This document shows positions 1-12,000 of a stretch of DNA of 64,000 nt, one piece after another. The notes beneath the pieces were generated by a model. That model was not told the DNA's origin and made no database searches. It worked only from the letters and a program-made list of their open reading frames with translations. This stretch comes from Eledone cirrhosa (Eukaryota), in contig OZ024758.1 of NCBI GenBank assembly GCA_964016885.1, forward strand, positions 35,836,001 through 35,900,000, in the 5' to 3' direction. The first letter of the stretch is position 1. Each line of letters starts with the position of its first letter. Made by a program: the position numbers and the translations under genes.

Positions 1-3000
1 ATTAGCTGTCAGAATTAACTCCACTGTTGGTGAGAATTCATTTAAGTTCATGGTACTAGCTGTCAGAAGTAACTCCAATGTTGGTGAGAATTCATTTAAG
101 TTCATGGTATTAGCTGTCAGAAGGAACTCCACTGTTGGTGAGAATTCATTTAAGTTCATGGTATTAGCTGTCAGAAGTAACTCCACTGTTGGTGAGAATT
201 CATTTAAGTCATGGTATTAGCTGTCAGAAGTAACTCCATTGTTGGTGAGAATTCATTTAAGTCATGGTACTAGCTGTCAGAACTAACTCCAATGTTGGTG
301 AGAATTCATTTAAGTCATGGTACTAGCTGTCAGAAGTAACTCCAATGTTGGTGAGAATTCATTTAAGTTCATGGTACTAGCTGTCAGAAGTAAATCCACT
401 GTTGGTGAGAATTCATTTAAGTTCATGGTATTAGCTGTCAGAAGTAACTCCACTGTTGGTGAGAAATCATTTAAGTTCATGGTATTAGCTGTCAGAAGTA
501 ACTCCACTGTTGGTGAGAATTCATTTAAGTTCATGGTACTAGCTGTCAGAAGTAACTCCACTGTTGGTGAGAATTCATTTAAGTTCATGGTATTAGTTTG
601 TCAGAAGTAACTCCACTGTTGGTGAGAATTCATTTAAGTCATGGTATTAGTTGTCAGAAGTAACTCCAATGTTGGTGAGAATTCATTTAAGTTCATGGTA
701 CTAGCTGTCAGAAGTAAATCCACTGTTGGTGAGAATTCATTTAAGTTCATGGTATTAGCTGTCAGAAGTAACTCCACTGTTGGTGAGAATTCATTTAAGT
801 CATGGTATTAGCTGTCAGAAGTAACTCCAATGTTGGTGAGAATTCATTTAAGTCATGGTACTAGCTGTCAGAAGTAACTCCAATGTTGGTGAGAATTCAT
901 TTAAGTTCATGGTATTAGCTGTCAGAAGTAACTCCACTGTTGGTGAGAATTCGTTTAAGTTCATGGTATTAGCTGTCAGAAGTAACTCCACTGTTGGTGA
1001 GAATTCATTTAAGTTCATGGTATTAGCTGTCAGAAGTAACTCCACTGTTGGTGAGAATTCATTTAAGTTCATGGTATTAGCTGTCAGAAGTAACTCCACT
1101 GTTGGTGAGAATTCATTTAAGTTCATGGTATTAGCTGTCAGAAGGAACTCCAATGTTGGTGAGAATTCATTTAAGTCATGGTACTAGCTGTCAGAAGTAA
1201 CTCCACTGTTGGTGAGAATTCATTTAAGTTCATGGTATTAGCTGTCAGAAGGAACTCCACTGTTGGTGAGAATTCATTTAAGTTCATGGTACTAGCTGTC
1301 AGAAGTAACTCCAATGTTGGTGAGAATTCATTTAAGTTCATGGTATTAGCTGTCAGAAGGAACTCCACTGTTGCTGAGAATTCATTTAAGTTCATGGTAT
1401 TAGCTGTCAGAAGTAACTCCACTGTTGGTGAGAATTCATTTAAGTTCATGGTACTAGCTGTCAGAAGTAACTCCACTGTTGGTGAGAATTCATTTAAGTT
1501 CATGGTATTAGCTGTCAGAAGTCACTCCAATGTTGGTGAGAATTCATTTAGGTTCATGGTATTAGCTGTCAGAAGTCACTCCACTGTTGGTGAGAATTCA
1601 TTTAAGTTCATGGTATTAGCTGTCAGAAGTCACTCCAATGTTGGTGAGAATTCATTTAAGTTCATGGTATTAGCAGTCAGAAGTAACTCCACTGTTGGTG
1701 AGAATTCATTTATGTTCATGGTATTAGTTTGTCAGAAGTAACTCCACTGTTGGTGAGAATTCATTTAAGTCATGGTATTAGTTGTCAGAAGTAACTCCAA
1801 TGTTGGTGAGAATTCATGTAAGTTCATGGTATTAGCTGTCAGAAGGAACTCCACTGTTGGTGAGAATTCATTTAAGTTCATGGTATTAGCTGTCAGAAGG
1901 AACTCCAATGTTGGTGAGAATTCATTTAAGTCATGGTACTAGCTGTCAGAAGTAACTCCACTGTTGGTGAGAATTCATTTAAGTTCATGGTATTAGCTGT
2001 CAGAAGGAACGCCACTGTTGGGGAGAATTCATTTAAGTTCATGGTATTAGCTGTCAGAAGTAACTCCACTGTTGGTGAGAATTCATTTAAGTTCATGGTA
2101 CTAGCTGTCAGAAGTAACTCCAATGTTGGTGAGAATTCATTTAAGTTCATGGTATTAGCTGTCAGAAGGAACTCCACTGTTGGTGATAATTCATTTAAGT
2201 TCATGGTATTAGCTGTCAGAAGTAACTCCACTGTTGGTGAGAATTCATTTAAGTCATGGTATTAGCTGTCAGAAGTAACTCCATTGTTGGTGAGAATTCA
2301 ATTAAGTCATGGTACTAGCTGTCAGAAGTAACTCCAATGTTGGTGAGAATTCATTTAAGTTCATGTTATTAGCTGTCAGAAGGAACTCCACTGTTGGTGA
2401 GAATTCATTTAAGTTCATGGTATTAGCTGTCAGAAGTAACTCCACTGTTGGTGAGAATTCATTTAAGTTCATGGTATTAGCTGTCAGAAGTAACTGCACC
2501 GTTGGTGAGAATTCATTTAAGTTCATGGTACTAGCTGTCAGAAGTAACTCCAATGTTGGTGAGAATTCATTTAAGTTCATGGTATTAGCTGTCAGAAGTA
2601 ACTCCACTGTTGGTGAGAATTCATTTAAGTTCATGGTATTAGCTGTCAGAAGTAACTCCACTGTTGGTGAGCATTCATTTAAGTTCATGGTATTAGCTGT
2701 CAGAAGTAACTCCACTGTTGGTGAGAATTCATTTAAGTTCATGGTACTAGCTGTTAGAAGTAACTCCAATGTTGGTGAGAATTCATTTAAGTTCATGGTA
2801 TTAGCTGTCAGAAGTAACTCCACTGTTGGTGAGAATTCATTTAAGTCATGGTATTAGCTGTCAGAAGTAACTCCACTGTTGGTGAGAATTCATTTAAGTT
2901 CATGGTACTAGCTGTCAGAAGTAACTCCACTGTTGGTGAGAATTCATTTAAGTTCATGGTAATAGCTGTCAGAAGTAACTCCACTGTTGGTGAGAATTCA

Positions 3001-6000
3001 TTTAAGTCATGGTATTAGCTGTCAGAAGTAACTCCAATGTTGGTGAGAATTCATTTAAGTCATGGTACTAGCTGTCAGAAGTAACTCCAATGTTGGTGAG
3101 AATTCATTTAAGTTCATGGTATTAGCTGTCAGAAGTAACTCCACTGTTGGTGAGAATTCATTTAAGTTCATGGTATTAGCTGTCAGAAGGAACTCCACTG
3201 TTGCTGAGAATTCATTTAAGTTCATGGTATTAGCTGTCAGAAGTAACTCCACTGTTGGTGAGAATTCATTTAAGTTCATGGTACTAGCTGTCAGAAGTAA
3301 CTCCACTGTTGGTGAGAATTCATTTAAGTTCATGGTATTAGCTGTCAGAAGTAACTCCACTGTTGGTGAGAATTCATTTAAGTTCATGGTATTAGCTGAC
3401 AGAAGTCACTCCACTGTTGGTGAGAATTCATTTAAGTTCATGGTACTAGCTGTCAGAAGTAACTCCAATGTTGGTGAGAATTCATTTAAGTTCATGGTAT
3501 TAGCTGTCAGAAGTAACTCCACTGTTGGTGAGAATTCATTTAAGTTCATGGTATTAGCTGTCAGAAGTAACTCCACTGTTGGTGAGAATTCATTTAAGTT
3601 CATGGTATTAGCTGTCAGAAGTAACTCCACTGTTGGTGAGAATTCATTTAAGTTCATGGTACTAGCTGTCAGAAGTAACTCCAATGTTGGTGAGAATTCA
3701 TTTAAGTTCATGGTACTAGCTGTCAGAAGTAACTCCACTGTTGGTGAGAATTCATTTAAGTTCATGGTATTAGTTTGTCAGAAGTAACTCCACTGTTGGT
3801 GAGAATTCATTTAAGTCATGGTATTAGTTGTCAGAAGTAACTCCAATGTTGGTGAGAATTCATTTAAGTTCATGGTATTAGCTGTCAGAAGGAACTCCAC
3901 TGTTGGTGAGAATTCATTTAAGTTCATGGTATTAGCTGTCAGAAGGAACTCCAATGTTGGTGAGAATTCATTTAAGTTCATGGTATTAGCTGTCAGAAGT
4001 AACTCCACTGTTGGTGAGAATTCATTTAAGTTCATGGTACTAGCTGTCAGAAGTAACTCCAATGTTGGTGAGAATTCATTTAAGTTCATGGTATTAGCTG
4101 TCAGAAGGAACTCCACTGTTGGTGAGAATTCATTTAAGTTCATGGTATTAGCTGTCAGAAGTAACTCCACTGTTGGTGAGAATTCATTTAAGTCATGGTA
4201 TTAGCTGTCAGAAGTAACTCCATTGTTGGTGAGAATTCATTTAAGTCATGGTACTAGCTGTCAGAAGTAACTCCAATGTTGGTGAGAATTCATTTAAGTC
4301 ATGGTACTAGCTGTCAGAAGTAACTCCAATGTTGGTGAGAATTCATTTAAGTTCATGGTATTAGCTGTCAGAAGGAACTCCACTGTTGGTGAGAATTCAT
4401 TTAAGTTCATGGTATTAGCTGTCAGAAGTAACTCCACTGTTGGTGAGAATTCATTTAGTTCATGGTATTAGCTGTCAGAAGTAACTCCACTGTTGGTGAG
4501 AATTCATTTATGTTCATGGTACTAGCTGTCAGAAGTAACTCCAATGTTGGTGAGAATTCATTTAAGTTCATGGTATTAGCTGTCAGAAGTAACTCCACTG
4601 TTGGTGAGAATTCAGTTAAGTCATTGTATTAGCTGTCAGAAGTAACTCCAATGTTGGTGAGAATTCATTTAGGTTCATGGTATTAGCTGTCAGAAGTAAC
4701 TCCACTGTTGGTGAGAATTCATTTAAGTTCATGGTATTAGCTGTCAGAAGTAACTCCACTGTTGGTGAGAATTCATTTAAGTTCATGGTACTAGCTGTCA
4801 GAAGTAACTCCACTGTTGGTGAGAATTCATTTAAGTTCATGGTATTAGTTTGTCAGAAGTAACTCCACTGTTGGTGAGAATTCATTTAAGTCATGGTATT
4901 AGTTGTCAGAAGTAACTCCAATGTTGGTGAGAATTCATTTAAGTTCATGGTATTAGCTGTCAGAAGGAACTCCACTGTTGGTGAGAATTCATTTAAGTTC
5001 ATGGTATTAGCTGTCAGAAGGAACTCCAATGTTGGTGAGAATTCATTTAAGTCATGGTACTAGCTGTCAGAAGTAACTCCACTGTTGGTGAGAATTCATT
5101 TAAGTTCATGGTATTAGCTGTCAGAAGGAACGCCACTGTTGGTGAGAATTCATTTAAGTTCATGGTATTAGCTGTCAGAAGTAACTCCACTGTTGGTGAG
5201 AATTCATTTAAGTTCATGGTACTAGCTGTCAGAAGTAACTCCAATGTTGGTGAGAATTCATTTAAGTTCATGGTATTAGCTGTCAGAAGGAACTCCACTG
5301 TTGGTGAGAATTCATTTAAGTTCATGGTATTAGCTGTCAGAAGTAACTCCACTGTTGGTGAGAATTCATTTAAGTCATGGTATTAGCTGTCAGAAGTAAC
5401 TCCATTGTTGGTGAGAATTCATTTAAGTCATGGTACTAGCTGTCAGAAGTAACTCCAATGTTGGTGAGAATTCATTTAAGTCATGGTACTAGCTGTCAGA
5501 AGTAACTCCAATGTTGGTGAGAATTCATTTAAGTTCATGGTATTAGCTGTCAGAAGGAACTCCACTGTTGGTGAGAATTCATTTAAGTTCATGGTATTAG
5601 CTGTCAGAAGGAACTCCACTGTTGGTGAGAATTCATTTAAGTTCATGGTATTAGCTGTCAGAAGGAACTCCAATGTTGGTGAGAATTCATTTAAGTCATG
5701 TTACTAGCTGTCAGAAGTAACTCCACTGTTGGTGAGAATTCATTTAAGTTCATGGTATTAGCTGTCAGAAGGAACGCCACTGTTGGTGAGAATTCATTTA
5801 AGTTCATGGTATTAGCTGTCAGAATTAACTCCACTGTTGGTGAGAATTCATTTAAGTTCATGGTACTAGCTGTCAGAAGTAACTCCAATGTTGGTGAGAA
5901 TTCATTTAAGTTCATGGTATTAGCTGTCAGAAGGAACTCCACTGTTGGTGAGAATTCATTTAAGTTCATGGTATTAGCTGTCAGAAGTAACTCCACTGTT

Positions 6001-9000
6001 GGTGAGAATTCATTTAAGTCATGGTATTAGCTGTCAGAAGTAACTCCATTGTTGGTGAGAATTCATTTAAGTCATGGTACTAGCTGTCAGAACTAACTCC
6101 AATGTTGGTGAGAATTCATTTAAGTCATGGTACTAGCTGTCAGAAGTAACTCCAATGTTGGTGAGAATTCATTTAAGTTCATGGTACTAGCTGTCAGAAG
6201 TAAATCCACTGTTGGTGAGAATTCATTTAAGTTCATGGTATTAGCTGTCAGAAGTAACTCCACTGTTGGTGAGAAATCATTTAAGTTCATGGTATTAGCT
6301 GTCAGAAGTAACTCCACTGTTGGTGAGAATTCATTTAAGTTCATGGTACTAGCTGTCAGAAGTAACTCCACTGTTGGTGAGAATTCATTTAAGTTCATGG
6401 TATTAGTTTGTCAGAAGTAACTCCACTGTTGGTGAGAATTCATTTAAGTCATGGTATTAGTTGTCAGAAGTAACTCCAATGTTGGTGAGAATTCATTTAA
6501 GTTCATGGTACTAGCTGTCAGAAGTAAATCCACTGTTGGTGAGAATTCATTTAAGTTCATGGTATTAGCTGTCAGAAGTAACTCCACTGTTGGTGAGAAT
6601 TCATTTAAGTTCATGGTATTAGCTGTCAGAAGTAACTCCACTGTTGGTGAGAATTCATTTAAGTTCATGGTATTAGCTGTCAGAAGTAACTCCACTGTTG
6701 GTGAGAATTCATTTAAGTTCATGGTATTAGCTGTCAGAAGGAACTCCAATGTTGGTGAGAATTCATTTAAGTCATGGTACTAGCTGTCAGAAGTAACTCC
6801 ACTGTTGGTGAGAATTCATTTAAGTTCATGGTATTAGCTGTCAGAAGGAACGCCACTGTTGGTGAGAATTCATTTAAGTTCATGGTATTAGCTGTCAGAA
6901 GTAACTCCACTGTTGGTGAGAATTCATTTAAGTTCATGGTACTAGCTGTCAGAAGTAACTCCAATGTTGGTGAGAATTCATTTAAGTTCATGGTATTAGC
7001 TGTCAGAAGGAACTCCACTGTTGCTGAGAATTCATTTAAGTTCATGGTATTAGCTGTCAGAAGTAACTCCACTGTTGGTGAGAATTCATTTAAGTTCATG
7101 GTACTAGCTGTCAGAAGTAACTCCACTGTTGGTGAGAATTCATTTAAGTTCATGGTATTAGCTGTCAGAAGTCACTCCAATGTTGGTGAGAATTCATTTA
7201 GGTTCATGGTATTAGCTGTCAGAAGTCACTCCACTGTTGGTGAGAATTCATTTAAGTTCATGGTATTAGCTGTCAGAAGTCACTCCAATGTTGGTGAGAA
7301 TTCATTTAAGTTCATGGTATTAGCAGTCAGAAGTAACTCCACTGTTGGTGAGAATTCATTTATGTTCATGGTATTAGTTTGTCAGAAGTAACTCCACTGT
7401 TGGTGAGAATTCATTTAAGTCATGGTATTAGTTGTCAGAAGTAACTCCAATGTTGGTGAGAATTCATGTAAGTTCATGGTATTAGCTGTCAGAAGGAACT
7501 CCACTGTTGGTGAGAATTCATTTAAGTTCATGGTATTAGCTGTCAGAAGGAACTCCAATGTTGGTGAGAATTCATTTAAGTCATGGTACTAGCTGTCAGA
7601 AGTAACTCCACTGTTGGTGAGAATTCATTTAAGTTCATGGTATTAGCTGTCAGAAGGAACGCCACTGTTGGGGAGAATTCATTTAAGTTCATGGTATTAG
7701 CTGTCAGAAGTAACTCCACTGTTGGTGAGAATTCATTTAAGTTCATGGTACTAGCTGTCAGAAGTAACTCCAATGTTGGTGAGAATTCATTTAAGTTCAT
7801 GGTATTAGCTGTCAGAAGGAACTCCACTGTTGGTGATAATTCATTTAAGTTCATGGTATTAGCTGTCAGAAGTAACTCCACTGTTGGTGAGAATTCATTT
7901 AAGTCATGGTATTAGCTGTCAGAAGTAACTCCATTGTTGGTGAGAATTCAATTAAGTCATGGTACTAGCTGTCAGAAGTAACTCCAATGTTGGTGAGAAT
8001 TCATTTAAGTTCATGTTATTAGCTGTCAGAAGGAACTCCACTGTTGGTGAGAATTCATTTAAGTCATGGTACTAGCTGTCAGAAGTAACTCCAATGTTGG
8101 TGAGAATTCATTTAAGTTCATGGTATTAGCTGTCAGAAGGAACTCCACTGTTGGTGAGAATTCATTTAAGTTCATGGTATTAGCTGTCAGAAGTAACTCC
8201 ACTGTTGGTGAGAATTCATTTAGTTCATGGTATTAGCTGTCAGAAGTAACTCCACTGTTGGTGAGAATTCATTTATGTTCATGGTACTAGCTGTCAGAAG
8301 TAACTCCAATGTTGGTGAGAATTCATTTAAGTTCATGGTATTAGCTGTCAGAAGTAACTCCACTGTTGGTGAGAATTCAGTTAAGTCATTGTATTAGCTG
8401 TCAGAAGTAACTCCAATGTTGGTGAGAATTCATTTAGGTTCATGGTATTAGCTGTCAGAAGTAACTCCACTGTTGGTGAGAATTCATTTAAGTTCATGGT
8501 ATTAGCTGTCAGAAGTAACTCCACTGTTGGTGAGAATTCATTTAAGTTCATGGTACTAGCTGTCAGAAGTAACTCCACTGTTGGTGAGAATTCATTTAAG
8601 TTCATGGTATTAGTTTGTCAGAAGTAACTCCACTGTTGCTGAGAATTCATTTAAGTCATGGTATTAGTTGTCAGAAGTAACTCCAATGTTGGTGAGAATT
8701 CATTTAAGTTCATGGTATTAGCTGTCAGAAGGAACTCCACTGTTGGTGAGAATTCATTTAAGTTCATGGTATTAGCTGTCAGAAGGAACTCCAATGTTGG
8801 TGAGAATTCATTTAAGTCATGGTACTAGCTGTCAGAAGTAACTCCACTGTTGGTGAGAATTCATTTAAGTTCATGGTATTAGCTGTCAGAAGGAACGCCA
8901 CTGTTGGTGAGAATTCATTTAAGTTCATGGTATTAGCTGTCAGAAGTAACTCCACTGTTGGTGAGAATTCATTTAAGTTCATGGTACTAGCTGTCAGAAG

Positions 9001-12000
9001 TAACTCCAATGTTGGTGAGAATTCATTTAAGTTCATGGTATTAGCTGTCAGAAGGAACTCCACTGTTGGTGAGAATTCATTTAAGTTCATGGTATTAGCT
9101 GTCAGAAGTAACTCCACTGTTGGTGAGAATTCATTTAAGTCATGGTATTAGCTGTCAGAAGTAACTCCATTGTTGGTGAGAATTCATTTAAGTCATGGTA
9201 CTAGCTGTCAGAAGTAACTCCAATGTTGGTGAGAATTCATTTAAGTCATGGTACTAGCTGTCAGAAGTAACTCCAATGTTGGTGAGAATTCATTTAAGTT
9301 CATGGTATTAGCTGTCAGAAGGAACTCCACTGTTGGTGAGAATTCATTTAAGTTCATGGTATTAGCTGTCAGAAGGAACTCCACTGTTGGTGAGAATTCA
9401 TTTAAGTTCATGGTATTAGCTGTCAGAAGGAACTCCAATGTTGGTGAGAATTCATTTAAGTCATGTTACTAGCTGTCAGAAGTAACTCCACTGTTGGTGA
9501 GAATTCATTTAAGTTCATGGTATTAGCTGTCAGAAGGAACTCCACTGTTGGTGAGAATTCATTTAAGTTCATGGTATTAGCTGTCAGAAGTAACTCCACT
9601 GTTGGTGAGAATTCATTTAAGTCATGGTATTAGCTGTCAGAAGTAACTCCATTGTTGGTGAGAATTCATTTAAGTCATGGTACTAGCTGTCAGAACTAAC
9701 TCCAATGTTGGTGAGAATTCATTTAAGTCATGGTACTAGCTGTCAGAAGTAACTCCAATGTTGGTGAGAATTCATTTAAGTTCATGGTACTAGCTGTCAG
9801 AAGTAAATCCACTGTTGGTGAGAATTCATTTAAGTTCATGGTATTAGCTGTCAGAAGTAACTCCACTGTTGGTGAGAAATCATTTAAGTTCATGGTATTA
9901 GCTGTCAGAAGTAACTCCACTGTTGGTGAGAATTCATTTAAGTTCATGGTACTAGCTGTCAGAAGTAACTCCACTGTTGGTGAGAATTCATTTAAGTTCA
10001 TGGTATTAGTTTGTCAGAAGTAACTCCACTGTTGGTGAGAATTCATTTAAGTCATGGTATTAGTTGTCAGAAGTAACTCCAATGTTGGTGAGAATTCATT
10101 TAAGTTCATGGTACTAGCTGTCAGAAGTAAATCCACTGTTGGTGAGAATTCATTTAAGTTCATGGTATTAGCTGTCAGAAGTAACTCCACTGTTGGTGAG
10201 AATTCATTTAAGTTCATGGTATTAGCTGTCAGAAGTAACTCCACTGTTGGTGAGAATTCATTTAAGTTCATGGTATTAGCTGTCAGAAGTAACTCCACTG
10301 TTGGTGAGAATTCATTTAAGTTCATGGTATTAGCTGTCAGAAGGAACTCCAATGTTGGTGAGAATTCATTTAAGTCATGGTACTAGCTGTCAGAAGTAAC
10401 TCCACTGTTGGTGAGAATTCATTTAAGTTCATGGTATTAGCTGTCAGAAGGAACGCCACTGTTGGTGAGAATTCATTTAAGTTCATGGTATTAGCTGTCA
10501 GAAGTAACTCCACTGTTGGTGAGAATTCATTTAAGTTCATGGTACTAGCTGTCAGAAGTAACTCCAATGTTGGTGAGAATTCATTTAAGTTCATGGTATT
10601 AGCTGTCAGAAGGAACTCCACTGTTGCTGAGAATTCATTTAAGTTCATGGTATTAGCTGTCAGAAGTAACTCCACTGTTGGTGAGAATTCATTTAAGTTC
10701 ATGGTACTAGCTGTCAGAAGTAACTCCACTGTTGGTGAGAATTCATTTAAGTTCATGGTATTAGCTGTCAGAAGTCACTCCAATGTTGGTGAGAATTCAT
10801 TTAGGTTCATGGTATTAGCTGTCAGAAGTCACTCCACTGTTGGTGAGAATTCATTTAAGTTCATGGTATTAGCTGTCAGAAGTCACTCCAATGTTGGTGA
10901 GAATTCATTTAAGTTCATGGTATTAGCAGTCAGAAGTAACTCCACTGTTGGTGAGAATTCATTTATGTTCATGGTATTAGTTTGTCAGAAGTAACTCCAC
11001 TGTTGGTGAGAATTCATTTAAGTCATGGTATTAGTTGTCAGAAGTAACTCCAATGTTGGTGAGAATTCATGTAAGTTCATGGTATTAGCTGTCAGAAGGA
11101 ACTCCACTGTTGGTGAGAATTCATTTAAGTTCATGGTATTAGCTGTCAGAAGGAACTCCAATGTTGGTGAGAATTCATTTAAGTCATGGTACTAGCTGTC
11201 AGAAGTAACTCCACTGTTGGTGAGAATTCATTTAAGTTCATGGTATTAGCTGTCAGAAGGAACGCCACTGTTGGGGAGAATTCATTTAAGTTCATGGTAT
11301 TAGCTGTCAGAAGTAACTCCACTGTTGGTGAGAATTCATTTAAGTTCATGGTACTAGCTGTCAGAAGTAACTCCAATGTTGGTGAGAATTCATTTAAGTT
11401 CATGGTATTAGCTGTCAGAAGGAACTCCACTGTTGGTGATAATTCATTTAAGTTCATGGTATTAGCTGTCAGAAGTAACTCCACTGTTGGTGAGAATTCA
11501 TTTAAGTCATGGTATTAGCTGTCAGAAGTAACTCCATTGTTGGTGAGAATTCAATTAAGTCATGGTACTAGCTGTCAGAAGTAACTCCAATGTTGGTGAG
11601 AATTCATTTAAGTTCATGTTATTAGCTGTCAGAAGGAACTCCACTGTTGGTGAGAATTCATTTAAGTTCATGGTATTAGCTGTCAGAAGTAACTCCACTG
11701 TTGGTGAGAATTCATTTAAGTTCATGGTATTAGCTGTCAGAAGTAACTGCACCGTTGGTGAGAATTCATTTAAGTTCATGGTACTAGCTGTCAGAAGTAA
11801 CTCCAATGTTGGTGAGAATTCATTTAAGTTCATGGTATTAGCTGTCAGAAGTAACTCCACTGTTGGTGAGAATTCATTTAAGTTCATGGTATTAGCTGTC
11901 AGAAGTAACTCCACTGTTGGTGAGCATTCATTTAAGTTCATGGTATTAGCTGTCAGAAGTAACTCCACTGTTGGTGAGAATTCATTTAAGTTCATGGTAC

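Noticed and set aside
142-195. CENP-B box within the monomer
   Set aside because: The canonical box requires TTCG and CGGG cores. The consensus has no CpG, and no variant supplies both.
178-201. Possible hairpin or terminator around CTCCA(C/A)TGTTGGTGAG and the GAATTC palindrome
   Set aside because: The stem is only 3-4 bp with bulges and has no U-tract, which is at chance level for a 54-mer.
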